A stretch of 64,000 nucleotides of DNA. It comes from Octopus vulgaris (Eukaryota). The first letter of the stretch is position 1. Each line of letters starts with the position of its first letter. Positions 49,620 through 60,909 of the stretch are shown here, piece after piece. Both the position numbers and the translations under genes were made by a program. Location: assembly GCA_951406725.2 (NCBI GenBank), contig OX597840.1:14322001-14386000 (forward strand), given 5' to 3'. The notes under the pieces were generated by a model that saw only the letters and a list, made by a program, of their open reading frames with translations, was not told the origin of the DNA and did no database searches.

Positions 49620-50260
49620 TGCTGTTGTTGTTTCACCCTTGCAGACACTCCTACCATGGCTAACCAACAGTTTTATGGGCCAGGGACTATATTGTCAAAG
49701 TATGTTCTTTATTGAGAACAGTAGGATGTGATTTGAAGGAGATTTGGCTGTTATTTCTAGTAAGTCAAACATTCACATTCAGATTCTGTTTGTTGGACAA
49801 CATTGAGGAAATCAGTAACAACAACAACAACAACAACATAAACCAACAAAGGAAAATGGATGTGGTCACTTGACATTTTAGAAATAGCAGCCAAGTGTCC
49901 TTCAGATTATACCAGCCATTTTAGAAAAGACAGAGCACATTGAATAATATATTCCTAGATATTCTGTCTAACAAAAAGAAATGTGATCACGACTGAGATG
50001 TGTTTGGTAAAAAGTCTGCTGGAGCAAGGTCGGCCTAGGGCTAAACAGCATATGGCATTTGAATGTCTACAAGGTTCAAACTACCGGAAATGGCAACCAA
50101 ATCTCCTTTTAGTTACACACACTGCCATTCTAAAATAAAGGGAGGACACAATGAATAATGTAGACCGAGATGCACTATGCCCAAGCAAAAGTCAGAATGG
50201 TCAGATTTGAATCCTGTTTGCTGTACAATGATTGGGCTGGAACCAAAGAACAACAACAAC
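49620..50260. repeat. Cluster of old interspersed repeat family E fragments
   Basis: Recurring gatttgagggagatttggctgctatttctag / ctagaaatagcagccaa and catgaccatcc motifs; also near 3950, 6400, 16060, 16410, 36120, 42970, 43640, 54790 and 58470. Confidence 0.6.
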
Positions 50261-50699
50261 AGAGTAACATCCATCTTTCTTCTGCTGTCAGTGCAGAGGA
50301 AGACATGTAAGGAATGTAATAGAAGAGAGACAGCATGAGATGATGGAAGCAGTCTCCAGAACTAACACCAAAGCCAAAATTAACTCTACCATTCCATTAT
50401 CAATTTCATAAAACCATTTGGAGATATCCAAACGATGCATTCAGAAATTATTTGTTAATTATCTCAACCAATCTCGATCATCGTTAAGTGCTTGTCTTTA
50501 ATCATTCTTTATGTAATATTAAGTATTGTTGTTGTTATAGATGTGTGTAAGTTGATTCTAGTTGTTTGGCAAGTGATTGCTTTTGTAATTTGGTGCCAAC
50601 ACTGGAATAATTACATCACATGAAAGTCATTTTAACCGTTTTAAAAACACACAAAAATAGTTTTATTAACTTTCCATTTGTGTCTAAATGGTATTTTAT

Positions 50700-51250
50700 T
50701 GCTATTAAGTATCAAAGTGTTGTATTTCAGCCACTGGCACAATTCCACAGAAACTGATGTCATTATTTGTTTGGTTTCACTGCCACCAAGGGTCTCTGCT
50801 GGCAAACACGCATCCTTACCATAGTAAGGTCCATATCCCAATGCTAACCCTTCTTTTCTGGGCCAGAACATACTTCACCCCCACCATCCCAATAATTATC
50901 TACATTCTCCAAACCTTAGTTGTGGGTCACAGTCAAGTACTGCTCTCTCACCTGAGATTTTGTTGCTCAGCATGAAGACATCATCCTGTACCACCTACAA
51001 AAACGTGCCGCTCAGCTGATTAGTGTAAAGTCACTCCCTGACATGCTCCAGCTTTTAGACTTCAGGTGTGCTGTGTCCTCTCACTGCTTTTCTACTGATA
51101 TGAAAATGGCTTCTGCACCTTAGAGTTGGGTAGGAGGGACATACTCCCCCTCATTCCCCATGCATTCGCAATCCTCTTGTCTCTCTCTTCTCCTGTCACC
51201 CTCGAGGGTATCGAACCTTTCCCTGACCTCCCTTATCACTATGCCCAGTC
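50700..51250 (+). pseudogene. Decayed CR1-group LINE ORF2 C-terminal fragment
   Basis: LLFWARTYFTP, KYCS, HLQKRAAQLI...LLDFRCAVSS and FY*YENGFCTLEL resemble the EYCS / LD.VQ.RA.RLI / RR.V.SL / FYRY..G.CS.EL pattern. Confidence 0.65.
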
Positions 51251-51287
51251 CTCCCTTCACAAGACATCATCAATTAAATGAAATAAT

Positions 51288-51432
51288 CGTTTCAAATTTT
51301 GGCACAAGGCCAGCAATTTGGGATGGGGAGGGGTTACGTCAATTACATTAACCCCAATACTTAACTGGTACTTATTTTATTGACCCAGAAGGGATGAAGG
51401 GCAAAGTCGATCTTGGTGGAATTTGAACTCAA
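51288..51432 (-). mobile_element. SINE family B fragment
   Basis: actggtacttattttattgaccc...ggcaaagtcga...atttgaactca. Confidence 0.7.
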
Positions 51433-51489
51433 AAGCAAATATATTGGATTATAGCAAACTGTGGATGTTATATGTTACAATGGTACTGA

Positions 51490-51650
51490 GGCAAAGCTGT
51501 GTGGGCAGAAGTTTGCTTCCCATTCACATGGTTCCAGGTTCAGCCCCACTGTGTGACAACTTAGGCAAGTGTCTTCTGCTATAGCCCTGGGCTGACCAAA
51601 GCCTTGTGAGTGGATGTAGCGGATGAAAACTGAAAGAAGCCTGCCATATA
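51490..51650 (+). mobile_element. SINE family A, 5' part
   Basis: cacatggttccaggttcagcccc...ggcaagtgtcttctgctatagcc. Confidence 0.75.
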
Positions 51651-51984
51651 CATATATATATTTAGAGGAATATGTTTTTCAAAAAGTTAGGATTCAGACA
51701 AAAAAAAAACTTTTTAGAGAGTAGAATGGTACTAACCTTTAGGAAGGAATTTCACAAATTGTGTGTAGGCTTTAATAAATGTGCAAGGGCTTTCAGTTCT
51801 CAACCTTATCAAGCACCAATTATTTACCCTGGGTATTCAGGTCCTTTTTCCTTCTACATAAGCTATTTTTGATTTAAGGTTTTCTTCGATCTTCATGATA
51901 ATATGATTTTAAACTGCAATTTCATTTAGCCGGTTATTGAAAAGACCGTTAGTTGAAAGGGCCAATGAAACAAAACCATTTTCA

Positions 51985-52195
51985 AGTGTCCTTATGAAGT
52001 ATTGGTAAATTCTGGGTGATGATGGTAAAGGCTTCTTTGTTTCTGGGGTTGTATGTGGATATGTAAGGTAGTATTTTTGGGGAAGGTGTGTTGTTGTGTT
52101 GAACTTTTCTTACAGTTTCTATGTCGATTTCTGTTGCACGTCTGATCCCATCCTCTATGAGTTGAGCTGGGTAATGTCTGTCAATTAGGGTTTCA
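51985..52195 (-). pseudogene. Penelope-like element ORF fragment (region between RT and GIY-YIG)
   Basis: ETLIDRHYPAQLIEDGIRRATEI...KILPYISTYNPRNKEAFTIITQNLPILH matches the L..RGYP...I / P...TYNP / I..N...L pattern of PLE proteins. Confidence 0.75.
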
Positions 52196-52398
52196 TATAT
52201 ATATATATATAAGCAATAATAAATCTCTGAACGAGGTATAAACAGTAACTGCACGACAATGTGAGGTATATTTGCCATCTCAATATGGCTAACCACTAAG
52301 GGTGGATATTACTGTAGCTTGTAGCCCCAGGAGAACTTTCTGTGCCCTATCAGTATTTGCAAAGGGAGGTCATCCTTCCCTCATCAACCTAAGTGATA

Positions 52399-52443
52399 CA
52401 TACAGACTGCAGTTTCTGGGTATTGACCTTTCATCAGCGCACG
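52399..52443 (-). ncRNA. Minimal type I hammerhead ribozyme candidate
   Basis: CGUGCG CUGAUGA AAGGUCAAUACCCA GAAA CUGCAG UC UGUAUG; stem I of 6 bp including G-U pairs, palindromic stem III, GUC site. Confidence 0.65.
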
Positions 52444-52559
52444 ACAACCACCGGTTTTCAATGGAAGAGTCCCAATGCAAATATATATATACATTACTCT
52501 TACACACATTCAATCTACTCGCCATTAATACTACCACGACACTGGACACACACACACAC

Positions 52560-53100
52560 TACTACTCAACACACGCTGGCACGCTACATACGCCCCCACC
52601 CCGTCCCCTCCCTCCCTTCCTCCTTCCTTCTTTTTCTTACTACTGACCTTTGTCTGCTAAGCTGACCACTGTCTCGCCCTACCTCACACGCCTACACACA
52701 GACGCACACACTAACATATACATATATTTTTTGTTTTTTTATCTCGCCTCACACACACACATACACACACGCACACGCACACACTCACACATACACACAC
52801 ATCTGTTGCGTTACCAACCTTGTCTCCACTCTTTTGCCTTTAAAAACCTACTTTGCTCTTGTTATCGTAAACATCCGCCTTTCACCATGTGCAACTCGTA
52901 AACACCAGTCGTTTTTTTCTCTATCCCTGTTGCCCGCTCTGGGATCTTTCTTTCCTCTCTCTTCCTTCTTTATGTTTCCGACGAAGAGCTCCGCTCGAAA
53001 CGTCATACCTCCCTGCTTCCATTTCCTGAGCGCCTATTAATAATAATACTGTAATTGTTCCATTGTTGTTGTTTTTTTGTTTCCCGTTTGGATTAAAATT
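52560..53100 (+). mobile_element. PLE 3' terminal relic with hammerhead-like motif (52974-53000)
   Basis: gttt ccgacga a gagc tcc gctc gaaac gtc atac; core U4 appears changed to C. Confidence 0.55.
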
Positions 53101-53137
53101 ATATATATATATATATATAGATATATAGATTTATATT

Positions 53138-53525
53138 AGTGGCTGTGTGGTAAGTAGCTTGCTTACCAACCACATGGTTCCAGGTTCAGTCTCACTGCGT
53201 GGCACCTTGGGCAAGTGTCTTCTACTATAGCCTTGGGTCAACCAAAGCTTTGTGAGTGCATTTGGTAGATGGAAACTGAAAGAAGCCTGTCGTATATATG
53301 CATATATATGTATGTGTATGTTTGTGTGCATGTGTTTGTACCCCTCCCCCCATCATCACTTGACAACTGATGCTGGTGTGTTTACGTCCCTACGGCAAAA
53401 GAGACTGATAGAATAAGTATTAGACTTACAAAGATTAAGTCCTGGGTTTGATTTGCTTGACTAAAAGGTGGTGCTCCAGTATGGCCACAGTCAGATGACT
53501 GAGGCAAGTAAAAAAAATAAAGAGA
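53138..53525 (+). mobile_element. SINE family A, near full length
   Basis: Family A motifs. Confidence 0.88.
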
Positions 53526-53699
53526 ATATATATATATATATATCCTTCTCTCTTTCCTTTCCTGAGTGTCCAATAACACTATACTTGTTCCATATCCTTG
53601 CATTGCTGTGTTTTCTCTTTGTTCATGTTTGGATTAACTATATATGTGTATATATATATATATATATGTGTGTGTGTGAGAGGCTTTGTATCTGTTTTT

Positions 53700-53912
53700 G
53701 TTATCTGTCTCTGCTTGATAACCAGTGCTGATGTGTTTACATCCCCATAACTTAGTGGTTTGGCAAAAAAGAAAAACAAAAACCCATAGAAAAAGTACCA
53801 GGCTTAAAACGATAAGTCCTGGGGTTGATTCGTTTTGGCTAAAAGAATTCTTGAAGGCAGTGCTCCAGCATGGCCCCAGTTAAATGACTGAAACAAATAA
53901 AAGCTAAAAGAT
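53700..53912 (+). mobile_element. SINE family A, 3' part
   Basis: gtgtttacatccccataacttag...taaatgactgaaacaaataaaag. Confidence 0.75.
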
Positions 53913-54859
53913 AATACAATATCATGTTTTCTATCTGTCTGCCTGCCTGTCTGTCTGTTATATTAATTATATAGTATAATATCTTAAATGTTAACTTTTA
54001 GAGTATATAGCAATGAGCCAGTGAGTGCAGCTGTTGGTGGTTTGCTCAGCACTTGGCAAACCACCAAGTGTTTGGAGTATTCCCAGTGGTGTGGGCCCAA
54101 GGTGGGATCCTGCTGTTGAGGAAGTAAAGAAGCCCCAAGGACAAATTTGATAATTTACGAGCTGGAGATTTAGAGATTTTAGTCAACGTACTGTATGAGG
54201 GGCTGGTGCTTGTTCTCGGTAATGTCACCAGTCAGAGGTAAAAATAAGGATTAGCTAGGACCATTGATAGCCATCTCATATCGTAGGGAGTATTGATTAT
54301 TAAGTATTGATCAGGTATTGGTGATGCTGTGATTAATTAACATCAAATGAAAGTATTCAACTACAATGATAATTAGTAGTTTGGGGCTGTTGTTTGTAAA
54401 CTTGGTTTAGGTTTGATTCTGTTCTTGGGCCCTCATCTCCTGAAAAAGCCATAAGGATGATGTATGTTGTGTTCTGAGTGTTTTAAATCTAGTAGAGACC
54501 ATCCCACTCCAGACAAAAGGAAAGAAAGCATGGAAGAAGCATTGACCCCAAGACTTATGAATCCTGAAAGGTTGAAAGCCAGTGGTGACATTGGTGGGGT
54601 TTGAACTGGGTCAAATACTGTAAAATCTTTGTTTTTGGCCATCTAACTCCTCTGCCACCTTATCACCATTTCAGTCATACAATCACAGGAACTACCAATA
54701 TTATGTTCACACCATTTGTGTAGAATTATATTAGCCAAGGTTTCAATCATCTATCATTAATGATTTTGTTTTAGGATGTTGGGTAATATTTGAGGGAGAT
54801 TTAACTGGTATTTCTTACAGGTTGAGCTATTACTTCAAGGCCTCTTCTGGTTTTGCCTG

Positions 54860-55065
54860 TTAAAATTAACAAAAACCTTGTATTTCATTAGAAACATTAC
54901 CACTAACGAGTTAAAGATTGAACTCTCTGCAGATTTTCCTTTTTGAAAACCTTCAGTTTTGTCCTTGCTTTGCTTCTGTTATAGTTCAGCATTTATAGAC
55001 TTTCTGCAGCTGAATATTTTATGAATTCCCTATTTGGTAATTCTTTCCCATTCCTTTCTATTATC

Positions 55066-55118
<53 letters not shown>

Positions 55119-55560
55119 ATTCCATCGTCGTCATCATCATCCCTCCACACGTTTTAATCCCAATTTCCATTCCACTGTATATTCTTCACTAAATCCATGC
55201 CAAGTTTCAACTTAAGAATCTATTTAATTTTCACTCTTTAAGTCATCCATGAAGAGGAAGCGATTTACTTTCTGCCACCATTCTTTAATACCATACTTAA
55301 CCATTCCATCATTCTTAGTAACAGTGTTAAAACTGTTAAACATATCAACAAAAAGTGAAGGGAATAAGCTTATCTCTCTCAAAGACTGCTTTATTGATCT
55401 TAATTCTTCATATCTCCAAACTCCTTCAACCAAACAACATCATTCTATTTCCATTGGTTCATATTCTTTACAATCCCCATTTCCTTGCCTTAGCGCCATC
55501 TTTAAACATTTCATTATCCAAGAATGAGGAATCATGTGCTTTAGAATTGATCCTTACCTT
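54860..55560 (-). pseudogene. Decayed R4/Dong-like non-LTR reverse transcriptase fragment
   Basis: SLFPSLF...KVNRFLFMDDLK matches the SPLLF...NHLLFMDDLK RT motif; interrupted by (CT)n. Confidence 0.65.
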
Positions 55561-55609
55561 TTCAAATATTTGAATAGCGCTTCTTCTAATCCTGAGATAT
55601 TGATTTATC

Positions 55610-55960
55610 AGGCGTTGTTGTGCGATAAAGAAGTTTAATGTGCAACCATGTAGCTTTCAGTTCAGTCCTACTGCATGGAGTATTGGGTGAGTGTCTTCTA
55701 CTGTAGCCCTTTGTGAGTGGCTTTGGTAGATGGAAACTGAAAGAAACCCATCGTATAAGTGTGTGTGTATGTGTGCTTGTTCCCTCATTAATGCTTGGCA
55801 ACAAGTACTGTTGTGTTTCCATAACTTAGCAGTTCAGCAAATGAGACAGATAAAATAAGTACTAAGCTTATAAAGAATAACTCCTGGGATCAACATGTTC
55901 AACAAAAAGCCCTTCAAGATGGTGCCCCAGCATGGTCATAGTTAAAAGCCTGAAGCAAAT
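55610..55960 (+). mobile_element. SINE family A, decayed
   Basis: gttcagtcctactgc...ggaaactgaaagaaaccc...ccccagcatggtc. Confidence 0.7.
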
Positions 55961-56257
55961 GAAATAGGATTTCATATCTTATACATGTATGTATAAGATA
56001 CGAATTTAGAAAATTTTGTGGGTATCACAGAAAGCTCCTCTTATGGAATTGGCTAACAATCCACTAGCATGGAAAATGGACGTTAAACGATGATGATGAT
56101 AGTAAATCCAATACAGAGAAGAGTTATGCAGAGTGTCCATGCAGCTGAAATACAGAAGATCTCATCAATGGAATCACTTCATGAGGAGTATGTAAACCAT
56201 GAAAGGTCAGGAGATATGAGAGATGAATATATTTTCATAATCACTTGACATCCTTAA

Positions 56258-56415
56258 GGTTACAGCTGTTTCACAGCCTTCTTCATGTAGTAATAATTTC
56301 ACTATGGAATAAAATTATGTTTACATGATTCCATCAATAATCATGCTTTGCATTCTAAAATGTGATTGCTTATTCACAAATCAATGCAAGTAAAGAAAGC
56401 TAGCTCATCAGATCA
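56258..56415 (-). ncRNA. Hammerhead candidate with long stem II (PLE relic)
   Basis: GAU CUGAUGA GCUAGCUUUCU...AGAAGGCUGU GAAA CAGCUG UA ACC. Confidence 0.5.
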
Positions 56416-56452
56416 TAAGAATATGATGGTTACACCAGTGATTCAAATCTAA

Positions 56453-56850
56453 GTCATCATCACCGTTTAACGTCCACCTTCTATGCAAGTTTGGGTGAGA
56501 TGGTTCCAGAAGAGTCGACCAGGCAGAAGTCTGCACCAGACTTCTGTGACTGTTTTGGCAGGTGTTTTACAGCTGGATGCCTTTCCTAACACCAACCACT
56601 CAGCAGAGTAGACTTAATGCTTTTTACATGGTACCAGCACAGGCAAGGTTTTTACAGCTGGATGCCCTTCCTAATACCAGCCATCCCACAGAGTGGACTG
56701 ACTACTTTTTACATGGCATAAGTACAGACAAGGTCAATTTTGGCAAGGTTTTTTACAGCTGGATACCTTTCTGAACACCAACCACTTTATAGTGTGGGCT
56801 GGGTGCTTTTAAGTGGTACCTGCACTGACAGGGTCACCAAGTACTTGCAA
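56453..56850 (-). mobile_element. SINE-like family D with internal triplication
   Basis: ttttacagctggat(g/a)cc.ttc occurs three times. Confidence 0.7.
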
Positions 56851-57120
56851 GACAAAACAAAAAAAAAAATCTCTTTATATATACAATGTATGGAAGCCTG
56901 AAATAAGCTTGGTTTGGTCAGTAAAAATAAAGATATTGTTTCATATCACTATGGAATAAAAGTTTAGTGAGTTAACCATCTTTAATGTTAACAAAAAAAA
57001 AAAAAAAAAAACCCAGAAAGGGATAAAAAGAAGAAAAGCAGCTAAAGCAAATATAACAAAATACATAAAATAAAAAGTATATACAATTATATATAAAGAA
57101 ACAAATATATATATACATAT

Positions 57121-57292
57121 ATAAAGTGAAAAATGCACATTGTGTACAGGACATCGACAAGTGAAAAATATGTAAACACACGAGAGATAAGTACAGGACA
57201 AAATAGCTGTCTTATTATTTATCTCTCATGTGATTGCATATTCTTCACTCATTGGTGATGTCCTCTACACAAGGTGTATTTTTCATTTTATT
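57121..57292. repeat. Imperfect fold-back (arms of about 70 bp)
   Basis: gtgaaaaatgcacattgtgtacaggacatc...gagagataa versus ttatctctc...gatgtcctctacacaaggtgtatttttcat. Confidence 0.7.
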
Positions 57293-57349
57293 TATTCATA
57301 ATCGAATGCCACACAGCCTTGGCGACAGTAAGTTCTTATATATATATAT

Positions 57350-57600
57350 AAAAATACAAAATGGGACAAGAACGCAAAACATTCAAATAGACGACACAAA
57401 AAATGGACGGGTCATTCGAGGCCTCTAATCTTCAGTTAAGAACCGGATCATCCTCGCAATTTCAGCTGATTAATCTTGAGATCGCTCCGATCCGGCCAGC
57501 CCAAAGGAAAAACTAAGCTACAAGCATTAGATTTCTTGGAAAAAGGATCGAATGTAAATGAAACAAGGACAGAAAAATAGACGATGCCACACGAATATAA
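57350..57600 (-). mobile_element. Structured repeat homologous to the 18360 units, with permuted hammerhead-like core
   Basis: Shared ggacggg.cattcg, cagtt.ag, gatcatcc, cttgaga and gcattagatt..ttgga blocks. Confidence 0.6.
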
Positions 57601-57785
57601 ATAATGTTCTTCCTAAAGTTAAGGTGAAATTTTTTATGTTCGCTGCCCACACACATCTTTGCCTGAATTTATACAGTGAAGCTTTACTATAGCATCATAA
57701 AATTATCGACTGCTATTCCAGTAAATATTGGTGCCTTGTTGTACCACTATCCTATTTTTATATATATATATATATAGAGAGAGAA

Positions 57786-58350
57786 GTAATGCAGTATGAT
57801 CGTTTCATGCAACTCCATTTAATTGAACAATGCAATCATTACATCAATTTAATATGTAGAGCAATCTTCAGCTACACAAAGACATAAAATTTAACTAAAT
57901 TAGAACAGATGGACACATTAGTATAATTATGCCTAAAATCTCCAAGAAGTTAAGGAGATAGATAAAGAACATATCTCTACTTCAGCATAGAAGTTACTCT
58001 ACTTCACTCCATCATCATAGAGTAACTTTTATGCTGAAGTAGAGACAACACATTCTTTATCTATCTCCTTAACTTCTTGGAGATTTTAGGTAAAATTACA
58101 CTAATGTGTCCATCTGTTCTAATTTAATTAAATTCTATGTCTTTGTGTAGCTGAAGATTGCTCTACATTTTAAATTGATGTAATGATTGCATTGTTCAAT
58201 TAAATGGAGTTGCATGAAACGATCGTACTGCATTACCTCTGGATATCCTTGTTGCTTATTTTGATTTTAATCACCTTACTTTGAAATTGTATGGATTATA
58301 CCATACTAAATTCTGGTGCCTCAGCTTAAGTACCATATTCATCTGAATCT
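57786..58350 (+). mobile_element. PLE-like relic: about 215-bp inverted repeat (57786-58236) plus a 3' extension
   Basis: Arms 57786-58001 and 58018-58236 with a 16-nt spacer; ends with gtgcctcagcttaagtacc...ctgaatct, like 11457-11491. Confidence 0.75.
58145..58233 (+). ncRNA. Type I hammerhead ribozyme candidate with intact core
   Basis: GUGUAG CUGAAGA UUGC...(long hairpin)...GCAU GAAA CGAUCG UA CUGCAU; predicted cleavage after 58227. Confidence 0.7.
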
Positions 58351-59072
58351 AAATTTTTGTTGAACTCATCTACCATACCTAAAGTGTTCCTATCATAACT
58401 GTGCCTCTAGATACAGTGTATCTAGAATAACATTATTCTGTATGACCCTTTTTAAAAAGACTGATTTGAGAAATGTTTGGCTGCTACATGCAGGAAGAGG
58501 AAAGACCAAAGAGATTTCCTCATTGCCTCGTTAGCCATTTTACGAAAATATATATTGTGTTAAGAGGTGACCTTATGATAAAGACTGGCTTCCAAGATTT
58601 GTGTTTATGTATATGTATGTATGTATGAATGAATGCATGTGTGTGCATACATACATTTATATATGTATACATACATACATACATACATACTTAATACATA
58701 CATACATACATACATACATACATGCATATATGCCTGTATTATGTATATATTTGTGTGAGATGGAGGAGGAAGAAATATAAAGGACGACGCATTTACACCT
58801 CCTGTCTTTGCACCCCCCTGTCACATTTCCATAACAAGACCAAACATTGACCAACCAACCTAGTGATGATGGCTTACACCTAATTAGTGACCTGGCTTTC
58901 TTTTCTTGTCAGGACAGGATACTGCAAATTATAGGGAATTTGGCCAATATCAAAGAAAATTACTGATCTTGATTCTGATAATAACACCTACTGGGTAATA
59001 TATTTGCATGCGTATATTATTCCGATCATTGTACATAGATGTATATATATCTTATTTATATGTTTCTCTTTC

Positions 59073-59105
<33 letters not shown>

Positions 59106-59106
59106 A

Positions 59107-59146
<40 letters not shown>

Positions 59147-59404
59147 GCACACATGCATGCACACACACACACACACACACACATATCACCATCATAAATT
59201 GCTGTGTTCATGTTGACACGGTATACAAAAATTGATGTTCTGATTCTTAGCTCAAAAATTCTCTCTTAACTTTATACCAACTGCTTAGGTTGACCTCCCA
59301 ACCATACAACTGCTGCTCTACTGATGTCACTTTTACTGCCAGCTGTGTTTATGGCCTTTCTCTTTAATGGCTCTATATCAGTGTACTCCATATTATAATA
59401 ACCA

Positions 59405-59800
59405 GGCATAGGAGTGGCTGTGTGGTAAGTAGCTTACTTACCAACTACATTGTTCCAGGTTCAGTCCCACTTCATGGCCCCTACTATATCCTCGGGTTGA
59501 CCAAATCCTTGCGAGAGGATTTGGTAGATGGAAGCTGAAAGAAGCCCATCATATATATGTGTATATATATATATGTGTGTGTATATGTTGGTGTGTCTGT
59601 GTTTGTCCCCTCCAACATCACTTGACAACCGATGCTGGTGTGTTTATGTCACCATAACTTAGCGGTTCGGCAAAAGAGACCGATAGAATAAGTACTAAGC
59701 TTACAAAGAATAAGTCCTGTGGTCGATTTGCTCGACTAAAGGCAGTGCTCCAGCATGACCACAGTCAAATGACTGAAACCAGTAAAAGAGTAAAAGAGTA
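59405..59800 (+). mobile_element. SINE family A, full length
   Basis: ggcataggagtggctgtgtggtaag ... gtaaaagagtaaaagag. Confidence 0.9.
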
Positions 59801-60007
59801 GGTGTACACCTGTTGCAATATGCCTGAATATGCCATGACTATTGGTGACTGTAACATACACTCTATATTCTATAGTAAAACACCATTGTACCTCAGTAAA
59901 ACCATTCTTACTGCTCCCCTCTGTAATTTGTAGCAATGATGTGAATAAACTACTGCTACTGCTGCTACCTGTCCTGTTTGATCAACTACAAAACTGTTTG
60001 TCTGATA

Positions 60008-60440
60008 TTTTTCTACTCTAAGCACAAGGCATGAAATTTTGGGGGAGGGTGGTCAGTCGATTAGATCGATCCCAGTATGCTACTGGTACTTAATCTATTG
60101 ACCCCGAAAGGATGAACGACAAAGTTGACTTCGGTGGAATTTGAACTCAGAACATAAAGACAGATGAAATACTAATCATTTCACCTGGTATGCTAGCGTT
60201 TCTGTCACCTCACCACCTTAAATATTCTTTTCTATTTGAGGCACAAGGTCTGAAATTTTTGGAAGGGGGCAAGTGGATTTGATTGACCCCATTATGCAAC
60301 TAGTACTTAATTTATTGACCCTGGAATGATGAAAGGCAAAGTTGACCATGGCAGAATTTGAACTCAGGATGTAAAGACAGCCGAAATACTGCTAAGCATT
60401 TTGCCCGGCATGCCAACATTTCTGCCAGTTTGCCTCTTTG
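60008..60440 (-). mobile_element. Two tandem SINE family B copies
   Basis: Two repeats of gcacaagg..tgaaatttt...gtacttaat...gaactcag. Confidence 0.8.
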
Positions 60441-60688
60441 CAAATTAGTCTGATACTAATGCAGTTAGGGTTAAGGTGTCATTGTCTTCAGTTTCTGAAT
60501 GCTAAATCTGGAAATGGTTTTCCTGGATGGTTCCACCAACCAAAAAACATAGATATAATACCACTTTCAGACTAAAAAGCGTTGCTTTAGTAAATCTCTT
60601 CAAATAACAGCAAGGAAGTTATGCAGTGAATGAAAATTTGTTTCAGGAAGAAAAGTAAAGTCTTCCTGAAGAAGTTGTCTAACATTAA

Positions 60689-60909
60689 CCCTTTAGCAGT
60701 TAATCTGGCTGTATCCAACCCAAAATATTCAACTTGTTTTATGTTCAAATTGTCCAGATCTAGCCTCTCAAACCAGCCCTACAATGTCATTCTATAAATA
60801 AATAGTTACCTTATCAAAATATTAAAGCTACAAGATAATGCGTGATTAATTCAAAACAATGTGAATAAATAAGAATTACTTTCAACAGGATGATGTCAAT
60901 ACCAAATGG
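60689..60909. mobile_element. piggyBac-like MITE (family P2)
   Basis: TTAA flanks; internal similarity to 49027-49230. Confidence 0.75.
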
